A stretch of 64,000 nucleotides of DNA from Bacteriovoracaceae bacterium (GCA_048270185.1 JBLWTJ010000004.1:32001-96000), one strand, 5' to 3'. Positions 50,222 to 60,072 are shown, counted from the stretch's first letter. Numbers and translations: made by a program. The notes: a model not told the origin generated them from the sequence alone.

Positions 50222-50815
50222 TTACATTTTGGTTTTATTTTCTAATGCTTTAGATATCGTCATGGTATCTAAGTAATCTAAGTTTCCACCCATAGGAATA
50301 CCAAACCCAATGCGATCCACACTGACATTATCAGGTAGAACGGATTTTATATAACTACAAGTGGCATCACCTTCAACTGAAGGTCCTATGGCCAAGACTA
50401 TAGAAGTGACACCTAATTCAACAACTCTCTTCTTAAGTTTATCGATATTAAGTTCTGCAGGCCCTATTCCTAGAAGGGGATTCAAAACACCTCCTAGAAC
50501 ATGGTATAGCCCACGGTACTGCCCACTTCTTTCAATGGCCATATAATCCGTAATACTCTCAACAACACAAATTTCAGTTGAGCTTTTACGGTGAACATCA
50601 CTACAAACATCACAAATTGTCTCATCTGCAAAAACACCACACTGCTGACACTTCTTTAAGCTTGCAAGTTCAGTTAATGCACTAGCGAATACAGCAAGTT
50701 CATCCCCCGTCCATTTGGCCAGGCTTAGAACATGTCTTAGAGCACTCTTTTCTCCAATTCCAGGAACCTTAGAGAATGCATCGACAAGGTTTGTAATACG
50801 TTCAGGTAGCTTCAT
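50222..50815 (-). CDS. recR: Recombination mediator RecR
   Basis: 'PGIGEKSALR', C4 zinc finger, 'YHVLGG', 'EGDAT'. Confidence 0.96.
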   Translation of the reverse strand: MKLPERITNLVDAFSKVPGIGEKSALRHVLSLAKWTGDELAVFASALTELASLKKCQQCGVFADETICDVCSDVHRKSSTEICVVESITDYMAIERSGQYRGLYHVLGGVLNPLLGIGPAELNIDKLKKRVVELGVTSIVLAIGPSVEGDATCSYIKSVLPDNVSVDRIGFGIPMGGNLDYLDTMTISKALENKTKM

Positions 50816-50824
50816 TTATTAACC

Positions 50825-51139
50825 TTAGAAAAGTCCTGGGATATTTAGTCCACCAGTAACTTTACTCATGGCATTTGAAACCATATCTTGTGATTCTTTA
50901 ATTGCTTGATTAACTGCCGTAAGAACCAGGTCCTCAAGAGTTTCAACATCACTTGGATCTACTGCTTCTTTATCTATTTTAATTGATATTATTTCTTGCT
51001 TACCAGTGATTAGAATTTTAATTGCACCACCACCCGAAGAAACCTCAAGTTCACGCTTTTCAAGCTCTTTTTGTAGTGTACTGATTTTTTGTTGCATTTG
51101 TTGAGCTTGCTTCATTAGCCCTTGCATACCTTTTGCCAT
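50825..51139 (-). CDS. ybaB: YbaB/EbfC nucleoid-associated protein
   Basis: 'LMKQAQQMQ', 'SGGG', 'LEDLVLTAVNQA', 'TGGLNIPGLF'. Confidence 0.95.
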   Translation of the reverse strand: MAKGMQGLMKQAQQMQQKISTLQKELEKRELEVSSGGGAIKILITGKQEIISIKIDKEAVDPSDVETLEDLVLTAVNQAIKESQDMVSNAMSKVTGGLNIPGLF

Positions 51140-51150
51140 TTTATACTCCG

Positions 51151-52929
51151 TTACTCATCGTCTTTTAAGACAATCTTATCTACCTTAGTATCAAAGAGGG
51201 CACTTGCTAAATTAAGCATTTCATCCTCTTCAATTTCCTTTTTATAATTAGCACGTATAATATTCTCATCTTCAATCTTAATATCAAAACGTGATTTAAA
51301 ATCTGTTTCTTCTGCTTTCTTTTTTTCAATCAACTCTACAGTTAAGTCAACTTGAGTAACTTGAAAAAACTTTTTAAGAAATCCTTGAGTTTTCTCTAGA
51401 GTTTCTTTCGTATTCATATGGTCAAAGAAAACTTTAGCACTTACAGGGTAACCAATCGATAGAGTTACCTTATCGCCAACATTGTGAATATCACCTACTA
51501 AATTACCTTGTTCGAGATTTGCTCCCATGACAGGAGATTCACTTGATAGAAATTTAAGAAAACCATCCCAAGTCTTAGGGCCAAGTTCTTGTACCTCCTC
51601 AACAACAGGAGTAACTTCTTCAACCACGACTTCTGCTTCAATCGTCTCTTCAACTACTTCTTCAATTGGTTCAAAGATTATCTTATTAGGTGCAGGCTCT
51701 ACTTCAACAACAGGCTCAGCCTCAACAACTGGTTCAGCTTCAACAATAGGCTCTACTTCAACTGAGGCTTCTTTAGGGGCTTCAGGCTTGGCCTCGACAT
51801 GGGCCTTAGACTTTCCCGGAGCATCCTCCACTTGAGTATCAGAAATCAACTGATGTCTCAACGAAACCTTTCTTAGGACAAGTAAAGTTGCATCTGTTGG
51901 TATAATTGATTCTAGTGTCCATGCAAAATCTTTTGCTAGAGTTTCATAAACCCAATAAAGCTCTGCTCGTGTGGTTTGTGTAAATAGATCCAAATTAACT
52001 TTTGAAGATACACGATTAGGATCATTGAAATCCTTTGCCATAATTATTGAGAATAAATTTTCAAGTAATGATTTTACGATATTCTTAAGGCCAATATTTT
52101 GAGAAACAAGAGCATTAAAAGTATCTGTTACAACTTGAGCATCCTCTGCAAGAAGTCCATCAATGATTGATTTAATTGAACTAAGCTTTGCAACACCTAA
52201 GGCCTTAGCAAATACTTCGTCATTAATTGGTTCGCCAAAAGAGAAACTTAAAACCTGATCAAAAAGTGAAAGAGTATCTCTAAAAGAACCGTTTCCAAGT
52301 TTTGCGAGTGTTTCAACGAGGTCTGGATCAGTGAATGTAATATTTTCCAAACCTGCAATATATTCAATGTGTGACTTAAGTTGGTCAACTGTTGCGTTAA
52401 CGAAATCAAATCTCTGACAACGTGAAAGAACAGTTCCAAGAAGCTTTTCTGGCTCTGTTGTGGCCATTAAGAAAACAGCATGCTCAGGTGGCTCCTCAAG
52501 AGTTTTTAATAATGCATTGAAGGCATTATTTGAAAGCATATGAACTTCATCGATAATATATACTTTATATTTTCCACTAGATGGAAGATAAGAAATATTT
52601 GAAATTAATTCTCTTACATCATCAACGCTATTATTAGATGCTCCATCGATTTCAACAACATTCATAGATGCAGCAGAATCAAAATCTTGACAAGCACCAC
52701 ACACACAACATGGGTTTTGATACTCATCACGATTTTCACAACGTAATGCCTTTGCAAATATTCGAGCAATCGTAGTCTTTCCAATCCCACGAGTTCCAGA
52801 AAAAATATAAGCGTGCCCTAGACGATCATCTCTTAATGAGTTCGCTAAAGTTTTTACGATATGTTCTTGGCCAACAAAATCCTGAAATTTTGTTGGACGA
52901 TATTTTCTGGCCAGGACCTGATATGACAT
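51151..52929 (-). CDS. dnaX: DNA polymerase III subunit tau/gamma
   Basis: 'YQVLARKYRP', 'GTRGIGKTT', 'IIDEVHMLS', 'LLKTLEEPP', 'SRCQRF'. Confidence 0.97.
   Translation of the reverse strand: MSYQVLARKYRPTKFQDFVGQEHIVKTLANSLRDDRLGHAYIFSGTRGIGKTTIARIFAKALRCENRDEYQNPCCVCGACQDFDSAASMNVVEIDGASNNSVDDVRELISNISYLPSSGKYKVYIIDEVHMLSNNAFNALLKTLEEPPEHAVFLMATTEPEKLLGTVLSRCQRFDFVNATVDQLKSHIEYIAGLENITFTDPDLVETLAKLGNGSFRDTLSLFDQVLSFSFGEPINDEVFAKALGVAKLSSIKSIIDGLLAEDAQVVTDTFNALVSQNIGLKNIVKSLLENLFSIIMAKDFNDPNRVSSKVNLDLFTQTTRAELYWVYETLAKDFAWTLESIIPTDATLLVLRKVSLRHQLISDTQVEDAPGKSKAHVEAKPEAPKEASVEVEPIVEAEPVVEAEPVVEVEPAPNKIIFEPIEEVVEETIEAEVVVEEVTPVVEEVQELGPKTWDGFLKFLSSESPVMGANLEQGNLVGDIHNVGDKVTLSIGYPVSAKVFFDHMNTKETLEKTQGFLKKFFQVTQVDLTVELIEKKKAEETDFKSRFDIKIEDENIIRANYKKEIEEDEMLNLASALFDTKVDKIVLKDDE
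51806..51829 (-). promoter_or_regulatory. Putative programmed -1 ribosomal frameshift signal in dnaX
   Basis: mRNA GGAGG-AUGCUCC-G_GGA_AAG-UC-UAA: internal SD, in-phase X_XXY_YYZ heptamer (51811-51817), stop in the -1 frame (51806-51808). Confidence 0.7.
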
Positions 52930-53003
52930 TGGGCACCATCACTTTATATGATTTTAAATTTTGTACTTGTTAACTATAAGAAAAATAATAGGTATTGGAA
53001 AGG

Positions 53004-53097
53004 GGCAGTCGACACAAACACAATGCAACAAAAGCTACCGTTGCTTCGTTCCCGACCTGGCGGAGTTTACCCCGTTACACTTGCCTGGCCGACTACC
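53004..53097 (-). ncRNA. ffs: Signal recognition particle 4.5S RNA
   Basis: Domain IV core CCGCCAGGUCGGGAACGAAGCAACGG; terminal stem GGUAGUCGGC/GUCGACUGCC; usual position upstream of dnaX. Confidence 0.92.
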
Positions 53098-53104
53098 GTG
53101 CTTG

Positions 53105-53134
53105 AATATAATATTTCTGACAGCATGCTGTCAA
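53105..53134 (-). promoter_or_regulatory. Sigma70 promoter of ffs overlapped by a 16-bp palindrome
   Basis: TTGACA-N18-TATATT; TGACAGCATGCTGTCA at 53118-53133. Confidence 0.65.
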
Positions 53135-53140
53135 ACAAAG

Positions 53141-54418
53141 CTAGTATTTTATTGTAATTGTATCACCATCGAGACTCACCGAGTCAGAGGTAATAAATTT
53201 CATCACAAATTTCAAAACTAATTTTGTTGCTCTAAGACCTGCAACCTTAGCTCGATCAACTTTTATTGTAACTTCTCTAAGTTCTTCATTAATTTCAACT
53301 TTACCTGAAGCTCTAAATTTAAAACCAATTAATGCCTTTAGTTTGGCCGTCATATTAAATCGATGATTAGTGACATTTATCTTAAGATCACGAATGCGAT
53401 TTTTTGGCGATTCAACTTTTGATTCACTTACTCGTTCGATACTAAATTCTGAGTGACGAAGACAACCGACATAAATTGCGTCGGCACTAATATCCTTGTC
53501 TGATGGAAGAGTTTTTAAACATCGGGCCTTGATATCACTAAAAATAAAATGACCTTTCTTAGTTTTTGCTTCAAGTTCTTTTGCTTCAAGACCTAAATGA
53601 TTATCTTCAAAATAAACCTCTCCATAAAAAACATTAAAAGGCATTCCTTCCCTTAATAGTTTAATCTCATCTCCAGCAATTCTTGATTCTTGAAGGCAAC
53701 CTGAGAAGATCAAATCGATATTAAACGAATCAACAGTCGGGTCTTTAAAACAATCAACTTTAATACTATTAAATTCAATCGAACTGTCTAGTACGTAGCC
53801 ATGGACACTTTGAGCATCAATCAAAATTCTATTTTCTGAAAAATTAACTTCCTTTCCAAGAATATTAACATTAGCAGGCTTATCACCATTTTGTTTTATT
53901 TCAACTTTTGCAAACTCACTACTTTCTCGAGGCTTGATTAACATATTTTTCAAACAAACTTCATCTAAGTTAAAAGTAAACTCACTACCGACACAGTTAA
54001 TGTCCACATCTTGAATTGCAAAAAGAAATTTATCAGCACCAATACTAAGCTCAGGTCCATTAGCGTAGAAACCCTTATCAGAGAATTCAATAATGGCCTC
54101 TTTAGCATTGATAAAATTTAACAGATCTATTTCTGGGAAAGTTGGAATATTAGTAGCGAAATTTAAATTATCTTTTCTTACTGCTATTTTATTATTATAT
54201 AAAGACGCATCAACAAGAAATAATTCCCCATTTTGTGTTAAGTCGAACTCAACATTATCGTATTTGATTAATATATCTCGCGCGTAAATATCACCATTTA
54301 AATGATTTGCTTCTGGCTTTCTATTTAAATCGATAGAATCAACTTCAAAGTGCATCAAGTTTGCGTAAGATGAGATTGAAGCTAAAACTAGCATTACTAC
54401 TAAATTAAATTTCATCAT
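53141..54418 (-). CDS. Exported beta-rich hypothetical protein with three Cys-pair repeats
   Basis: Signal peptide; three similar segments, each with a Cys pair. Confidence 0.7.
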   Translation of the reverse strand: MMKFNLVVMLVLASISSYANLMHFEVDSIDLNRKPEANHLNGDIYARDILIKYDNVEFDLTQNGELFLVDASLYNNKIAVRKDNLNFATNIPTFPEIDLLNFINAKEAIIEFSDKGFYANGPELSIGADKFLFAIQDVDINCVGSEFTFNLDEVCLKNMLIKPRESSEFAKVEIKQNGDKPANVNILGKEVNFSENRILIDAQSVHGYVLDSSIEFNSIKVDCFKDPTVDSFNIDLIFSGCLQESRIAGDEIKLLREGMPFNVFYGEVYFEDNHLGLEAKELEAKTKKGHFIFSDIKARCLKTLPSDKDISADAIYVGCLRHSEFSIERVSESKVESPKNRIRDLKINVTNHRFNMTAKLKALIGFKFRASGKVEINEELREVTIKVDRAKVAGLRATKLVLKFVMKFITSDSVSLDGDTITIKY

Positions 54419-54463
54419 AGTTATATGGTGAAAAGTTTTGTTAAGAATGTAAACATATACAAA

Positions 54464-54946
54464 CTAACTTTGACGTTTTCGATAGGTTTTTCGACGTAAT
54501 TTGAAGAAATCTGATAATACTTTCGAACACTTAAAGTGTTCAACTCCACCAATGATAGAAAATTTATGATTAAAACGTGGGTCTTTTTGGAAGCTATAGC
54601 CAAGAGAGACAGAGCCGGCCTTTTGATCGTAGGCACCAAAAACAACATTTTTAAAACGTGCCTGTAGGATTGCATAAAGACACATCGGACAAGGCTCAAG
54701 TGTTACATAAAGAGTGCACTCAAGTAAACGCCAATCACCTAACTTAGAACTTGCTTCTTGAATGGCCAAAATTTCTGCATGTGCTGTTGTATCTTTATTG
54801 ATCTCTTTTAGATTATGAGCACTAGCAATAACATTATCATTGTCATCAACAATTACGGCACCAACTGGTACTTCCCCTAACTTAAAAGCTTTCTCAGCTT
54901 CCTTAAGTGCAAGATTCATATTCCAAATGTGAGACTTCATATTCAT
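54464..54946 (-). CDS. tadA: tRNA adenosine(34) deaminase
   Basis: 'GEVPVGAVIV', 'HAEI', 'LYVTLEPCPMC', 'FFKLRR'. Confidence 0.93.
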   Translation of the reverse strand: MNMKSHIWNMNLALKEAEKAFKLGEVPVGAVIVDDNDNVIASAHNLKEINKDTTAHAEILAIQEASSKLGDWRLLECTLYVTLEPCPMCLYAILQARFKNVVFGAYDQKAGSVSLGYSFQKDPRFNHKFSIIGGVEHFKCSKVLSDFFKLRRKTYRKRQS

Positions 54947-55671
54947 GACTTAAACTTTTTATTTTTTTTGGCCTTTCGCTCAAAGTTCCAATACTTTTCT
55001 AGTTTTTGATACTTTGATTTTTCTTCGTCTTCATTAATAAGGAAGCGAACACCATATGTAAATGGTCGTCCAATAGAATGTTGTCTTTTTGAAACAACTT
55101 CGACATTGAGTCGACCTTCAAGAATTTCCTTCTTTAGTTCAATTTCAAATTTATCACCAATATTGAGGTCATCAAAGAGAGTCACACCAGCGGCTTTTCG
55201 TCTTAAATCAACAAGGCGGCCATCGATTCCTTCTAATTTATCTGAGAAGACCTTTGTCTTAAGATCATTTCGATATCTAAAGTCATACTCCCACCAGCTT
55301 ATAACTGGATAAAAAACAGGTGAATAGAGAGAATAACAAAGTACAACTAGAAGGAACAAAGACATTGTATAAAGAAAGAACAATGAAAAGTCGTTATAGT
55401 AGTAAAGAGATCGAATAAGACTGAATGTTAGCAACAGCGTGCTAATGAAACTTAACGTCCAAAAAGAATAGTGTACATTCTTCTGCATACGATAAAATAG
55501 TCGATAAAATATCACCAAGAAGATGATTCCAAAAAGTGCAATGAAATTAAATTGAAATTTCAAAAACTCATAGCCTTTGGCCAAGAAAAAGAGAAAACAA
55601 TGGAGAGAGAATAAAGCCTGAGCTTTATTGAAATCACTTTTAATAGAGAGCTTACTAATACTAATTAACAT
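54943..55671 (-). CDS. Membrane protein with a degenerate PilZ-like C-terminal domain
   Basis: About 4 TM helices, then 'DFRYR...GRLVDL...GV...YGVRF'. Confidence 0.55.
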   Translation of the reverse strand: MLISISKLSIKSDFNKAQALFSLHCFLFFLAKGYEFLKFQFNFIALFGIIFLVIFYRLFYRMQKNVHYSFWTLSFISTLLLTFSLIRSLYYYNDFSLFFLYTMSLFLLVVLCYSLYSPVFYPVISWWEYDFRYRNDLKTKVFSDKLEGIDGRLVDLRRKAAGVTLFDDLNIGDKFEIELKKEILEGRLNVEVVSKRQHSIGRPFTYGVRFLINEDEEKSKYQKLEKYWNFERKAKKNKKFKS

Positions 55672-55694
55672 ATATTTATTTTATCAAATATAAA

Positions 55695-57161
55695 TCAATT
55701 AATAATGAGTGGAACTATTTGCTTAGGATCTTTATTGCGGGTGAATTTGAACTTCTTTTCACCTAAGGCAAGCTCGTACTCACCTTCTTTAAGATTTAAT
55801 GGAACTAGCATAATATGATCATAAATACCGTACCAAGATCGTAGGTCAGCAAGCTCTGATTCTTGAATCGCCTTATTTCCGACAGCGTAAGCTGCACTTG
55901 CAGATAAATATGCAATAAAGCCTCCACTACTATAGAGACTTCGATAAGTTTGGTATGCGGATGTCAATAGAGCGATATGCTTTGCCGCAAGCCTTGCTCC
56001 AACCTTGGCCTCGAGTAATCCTACTTCAGATTTCAAGGAACTACTCAGAACCTCAGAAGTATTTGCCATAAGAATTGGATCAGTACTTGCAAGCACCTTC
56101 CCTGATTTATCATAAACTTTAACTTCACCAGGAGTATCGTAGGATCTAGAATTGATCTTTGGTAACTCAAAGCTTATTGTTGGCTTTGTTCCCGCTGTAA
56201 TTGAAAGCATTTTTAGCGAGAAAGTTACAAAGTCATCCATCTCACCACGATTAGAAATATAAACACCAACAGGTAACCCTAAAGGAAAGCTATAAACATC
56301 CGCTGATTTTTTTATGACATGTCCATTTAAGATAATTAGATATGTATTATACTTTTTTTTCGACTTAAAAAAATCATTAGTAACTTCAAATGTTTTAGTC
56401 TTTGTTACATATTTCTCTAATTCACTTTGATTCTTTAAATGTAGATCTTTATAATCATCGCGATACTTATCATGTGAACTATTAAAACTTGGGTAAATTC
56501 CCATTTGTTGGATCAGATCACGTTGGCCTATTTCCTTGAAGTTATTGACTACACTTCTATCTTTGGCGCGTCCAAAAGTATCATGAACGACAATCCCCAT
56601 TAGGTCGATAAAAGTTGAACCTTTATAAATTGCACGGCCTCGATTCTGTGCTTTGAAGTTTTCAATATAAGCACTCCAATCTCGTAGAGTTGAAACCATG
56701 GCCTGCATATGAAATCTTTTATCTTGAGCTTTTGTTGCTAATTGTGATTTCTGATAATGAGCAAGAATTTCATAGAAGCGAATATTGGCCTGTTCGAATT
56801 GATTTGGATAATAAATATCAGTGGCTTCACCAATAAACAAAGATTCAACTTTATTAGATATACTAATTTTGTAGAGATCATTCGCGATTATCTTTGCATT
56901 ATTTAAATGTTCGAGTGCCTTATCATAATTTGCTAAATTAAAGTAAGCAATTCCAAGTTCAGCTTGTTTTAGGAAACGGTCTTCTTCTCTATTATAAACA
57001 TCACCCTTACTGATCTTATCAATCACTTGTTGATAACTTTTGCCTTTATAGAGTAAAGAAATGGCATCTCCCTCATCTCTGACTTTCCTTGCAGCACATG
57101 CAACGAGAGACAAAGATAAGATGAGATATGAAATATTTTTAAAAATGGTCTTTAAATGCAA
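55695..57161 (-). CDS. TPR-containing lipoprotein (COG3014-like)
   Basis: Lipobox 'LVAC'; TPR-like 'ELGIAYFNLANYDKALEHL'; 'ADLRSW' motif; follows the lpoB-like gene. Confidence 0.7.
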   Translation of the reverse strand: MHLKTIFKNISYLILSLSLVACAARKVRDEGDAISLLYKGKSYQQVIDKISKGDVYNREEDRFLKQAELGIAYFNLANYDKALEHLNNAKIIANDLYKISISNKVESLFIGEATDIYYPNQFEQANIRFYEILAHYQKSQLATKAQDKRFHMQAMVSTLRDWSAYIENFKAQNRGRAIYKGSTFIDLMGIVVHDTFGRAKDRSVVNNFKEIGQRDLIQQMGIYPSFNSSHDKYRDDYKDLHLKNQSELEKYVTKTKTFEVTNDFFKSKKKYNTYLIILNGHVIKKSADVYSFPLGLPVGVYISNRGEMDDFVTFSLKMLSITAGTKPTISFELPKINSRSYDTPGEVKVYDKSGKVLASTDPILMANTSEVLSSSLKSEVGLLEAKVGARLAAKHIALLTSAYQTYRSLYSSGGFIAYLSASAAYAVGNKAIQESELADLRSWYGIYDHIMLVPLNLKEGEYELALGEKKFKFTRNKDPKQIVPLIIN

Positions 57162-57162
57162 T

Positions 57163-57768
57163 CTACCAACCTACTTTAGATTGCTCAGAGTATTTGTTCA
57201 CTCTCGTTCTAGTTCTCATTACTTCAATTCCTCTTGAAATATCAGTCATGCGAATATTGAAAGTATACTCCTTAAGGGTTTTTCCACCTCTTTGTCTTGG
57301 CTGCATTCTAACATTACCAAAAATTAGTAAATCTGCTCCAGCAGCATTTCCAATTTTTTTGGCCTCTGCAGGACTAACCATTCCGTCATTTTGATACTGA
57401 ATCTCTTTAAGTAATGTTTCTCTTGCTGCTGCATCGATTAAAATATACTCACCCGATTCACTTAACTGAGTTAGAAACTCATCAGAAATATCATCTGTTG
57501 GGAAATATGGCTCTGCTGTTTGATTGGCAAGTTCAGCAACGAATACTTTCGGACGACGACCTAATTTCATAAGGTAGTTTTTAAACCCTTTATGCTGCTT
57601 CATCTTTTGTAGAACAGTTTCAACTGAGTTTTCAGTATCTCTTGTTACCCATGCATCTGTAATTTCCAGTGATTTCTCATCTGATTGATCTCCAGAAACA
57701 CGCTCTGCCTGAAAACCACCACAAGATACAAGACCAAATAATAGTCCAATTAAAAAAATCTTTTTCAT
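57163..57768 (-). CDS. lpoB: PBP activator LpoB-like / CsgG-fold lipoprotein
   Basis: Lipobox 'LVSC'; 'NQTAE', 'EIQYQNDGMV', 'IGNAAGADLLIFGNV', 'EYTFNIRMTDI'. Confidence 0.75.
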   Translation of the reverse strand: MKKIFLIGLLFGLVSCGGFQAERVSGDQSDEKSLEITDAWVTRDTENSVETVLQKMKQHKGFKNYLMKLGRRPKVFVAELANQTAEPYFPTDDISDEFLTQLSESGEYILIDAAARETLLKEIQYQNDGMVSPAEAKKIGNAAGADLLIFGNVRMQPRQRGGKTLKEYTFNIRMTDISRGIEVMRTRTRVNKYSEQSKVGW

Positions 57769-57779
57769 CTATCCTCCAA

Positions 57780-58625
57780 TTAAATCTTTAAACTTAAAAA
57801 AACATCAGGAATATCATCAATAAGTTCTTTTAAAACTTGCTCAATGATGGCCTTTTCAGATCGACCTGTTTGTGTATATCTTTTTGTAATATTAATTTTA
57901 TTCTTCTTGAAGTTAATTTCAAGTGTACGTTTGATAAATCCATCAACATTCAAAAACTCTCTAACTAACGCAATAGATATGATTAGCTCAGTTTTTGATT
58001 CACTATTAAATACATTATTCTTATTAATCTCTGTTATTAACACCTTATCCACACTGCTGAACTTAGGTTGTGAATAAAAGGTAATTTTAATATTCTTCTT
58101 ATCAAATAACTTAAACTTCTTTACGTTTGACTTGTACGTGTCCGTCAGAGCCGCTACATAAACATCTAGTTTTTTTATAACGCTATTATTGGCCCTTATT
58201 TTAGAAAGGCCTAGATAAAATCCCTGCTTATATATTTCTTCGTTTTCAGAGTTTAAATTACCAATATCACTTTTTAGCTTTGTTAAAAATCTCGACTTAT
58301 TAAGACCCATGAGAACACAATGGTAGGACTCTTCATCAAGAAATGACTCGACTGTTTCAACACCAAATAAGTTTTCTGAAACCTCTTCACTTACATAGTC
58401 CGAATACTCACCTTCATCAAGCTTACCTATTGAGCTCTCAATTGAAGTGAACTTTGCTTTCACTTTCACTTGAAAGTTTTTAGCAATCTCAACTCTTGCA
58501 TCTTCAATTGCTTCTGCCTCACTTAAGCTACAAGCTTTTGCACAAAGATAATTCTTCGGACAAGACTTAACTTGGCCATAGGCCAGAAAAGGTAAAATCA
58601 ATAGTAGTAAAAATTTATTCTTCAA
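57780..58625 (-). CDS. LPP20-like exported protein
   Basis: Signal peptide; 'AIEDARVEIAKNFQVKV' resembles the LPP20 helix. Confidence 0.55.
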   Translation of the reverse strand: MKNKFLLLLILPFLAYGQVKSCPKNYLCAKACSLSEAEAIEDARVEIAKNFQVKVKAKFTSIESSIGKLDEGEYSDYVSEEVSENLFGVETVESFLDEESYHCVLMGLNKSRFLTKLKSDIGNLNSENEEIYKQGFYLGLSKIRANNSVIKKLDVYVAALTDTYKSNVKKFKLFDKKNIKITFYSQPKFSSVDKVLITEINKNNVFNSESKTELIISIALVREFLNVDGFIKRTLEINFKKNKINITKRYTQTGRSEKAIIEQVLKELIDDIPDVFLSLKI

Positions 58626-59199
58626 ACTTCTTTCTCAACTCTTCTTTCTGCTCTTGATTTTTCATTTTTGCTAGAGCTGTTTGTCTTGCAAAATTAATTG
58701 CCGACTGAAGTGATTCTTCTTTTATTCCTACAAGAGAATAACATGCATAGTAAGGGTTGCCTTCAAGTACTTCTTCTTTCTGTTTTTGGCGTTTTTCCCA
58801 GTATTGTTTCTTAACTCTAATTCCTGATACTTTTGTCTTTATCGATTGAGTTAAAGTTTCATGAAATGATTTAACTTCTTCGGAGTCCGAGTCAAGGCTT
58901 GTTACTTCTGTATAATCATTTGCTATTTCTTGTGAAATTTCAGATGCAATAACTGCAGTTGATCTTGCTGTTGCAGACTTTACACAAAGTCTTCTATTAC
59001 GATTTTCTGATTGTGAAACAAAATAATGATAAGACTTATCACCTTCTTTAAAACCATCAGCATCTTCTAACCAATCAGGCTCAACTTTATGAGATGCATT
59101 TAGAACTTTATAATCAAGGTCGAACTCTCTTGCTTTCTTTGTAGATGAACAAGAAATAATAAAAGTAAGTGACAATAAAACTAGAAATATTTTTTTCAT
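58615..59199 (-). CDS. LPP20-like lipoprotein
   Basis: Lipobox 'IISC'; 'EPDWL', 'ATARSTAVIASEI', 'VSGIRVKKQYWE'. Confidence 0.65.
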   Translation of the reverse strand: MKKIFLVLLSLTFIISCSSTKKAREFDLDYKVLNASHKVEPDWLEDADGFKEGDKSYHYFVSQSENRNRRLCVKSATARSTAVIASEISQEIANDYTEVTSLDSDSEEVKSFHETLTQSIKTKVSGIRVKKQYWEKRQKQKEEVLEGNPYYACYSLVGIKEESLQSAINFARQTALAKMKNQEQKEELRKKFEE

Positions 59200-59271
59200 T
59201 ATAACTCCATATAGATACGATTAATTGAGACAACTAATTTTACTTTATAGGGCCATTAAATCAATGAAATT

Positions 59272-60027
59272 TTATTTTAGGAGTTCTTTGACTGCAACGT
59301 GACTAAGTAAGAAACCAACAGTACCTGTCATGTAAGTAGCTGTGCCTAGCCCACCATTACAATCAAGTTTAAGAGCTTTTGAAGTTTGGTCAATATCACA
59401 CTTTTGTATTTTCTTTGAAGGCTCAGGAGAATAGACACATTGCACCTTGGCCTTTGATCTTCCCAATGGATAGAGGTGCTTCTTTTTTAATTCCTGTCTA
59501 ACCTTGCGATATAGCATATCCTGTTTAGTTTTTGAAAGCTCGGCCACTGTAATCATTGTAGGGTCTGTTTTTCCACCAATAGCACCAGAGCTGACTACCT
59601 TCACATCGCGTTTAAAGCATTCATTTATTAATAAAGCCTTCTCTCTAGGAGCATCGATTGTATCAATTATGATTGAAGGTTTTTCAGCAAAGATTTTTTC
59701 CATATTCTTCTCATTAAAGAAGCACAAATGGACATTCACTTTACAATCAGGATTTATTTTTGAGATTCTTTCGGCTAAAGCATCAGCTTTCATCTGCCCG
59801 TAGCTTCCATCAAGAGCGTGAATTTGGCGATTAGTATTAGAGACACAAATATCATCAAGATCAACTAGCGTTATTTGATTAGCTCCAAGGCGAGCAATCG
59901 ATTCAACACACCAAGTTCCAACGCCACCAAGCCCAATAATTAAGAAATGTGAATTCTTAACTATATTAGCTTCACTCTCTCCAAGTAAAGAGGCTATTCC
60001 ATTGAATCTTTGATCGTGATTTGACAT
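59272..60027 (-). CDS. tcdA: tRNA threonylcarbamoyladenosine dehydratase (ThiF family)
   Basis: 'IGLGGVGTW', 'DLDDICVSNTNRQIHA', 'GAIGGKTDP', 'CVYSPE'. Confidence 0.92.
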   Translation of the reverse strand: MSNHDQRFNGIASLLGESEANIVKNSHFLIIGLGGVGTWCVESIARLGANQITLVDLDDICVSNTNRQIHALDGSYGQMKADALAERISKINPDCKVNVHLCFFNEKNMEKIFAEKPSIIIDTIDAPREKALLINECFKRDVKVVSSGAIGGKTDPTMITVAELSKTKQDMLYRKVRQELKKKHLYPLGRSKAKVQCVYSPEPSKKIQKCDIDQTSKALKLDCNGGLGTATYMTGTVGFLLSHVAVKELLK

Positions 60028-60072
60028 AGGATTACTTCCAAAAAGGTAAGTAAATTCAGGTAGTTAAAATCA

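Noticed and set aside
51690..51765. 18-bp degenerate repeats in dnaX (EPVVEA) as CRISPR or mobile repeat
   Set aside because: In-frame low-complexity linker with no spacers or cas genes.
52948..53221. Two short plus-strand ORFs
   Set aside because: Antisense to the SRP RNA and its promoter.
54421..54699. 92-aa alternative-frame ORF over tadA
   Set aside because: Out-of-frame overlap of a well-supported gene; same reasoning applies to the other short nested ORFs in the track.
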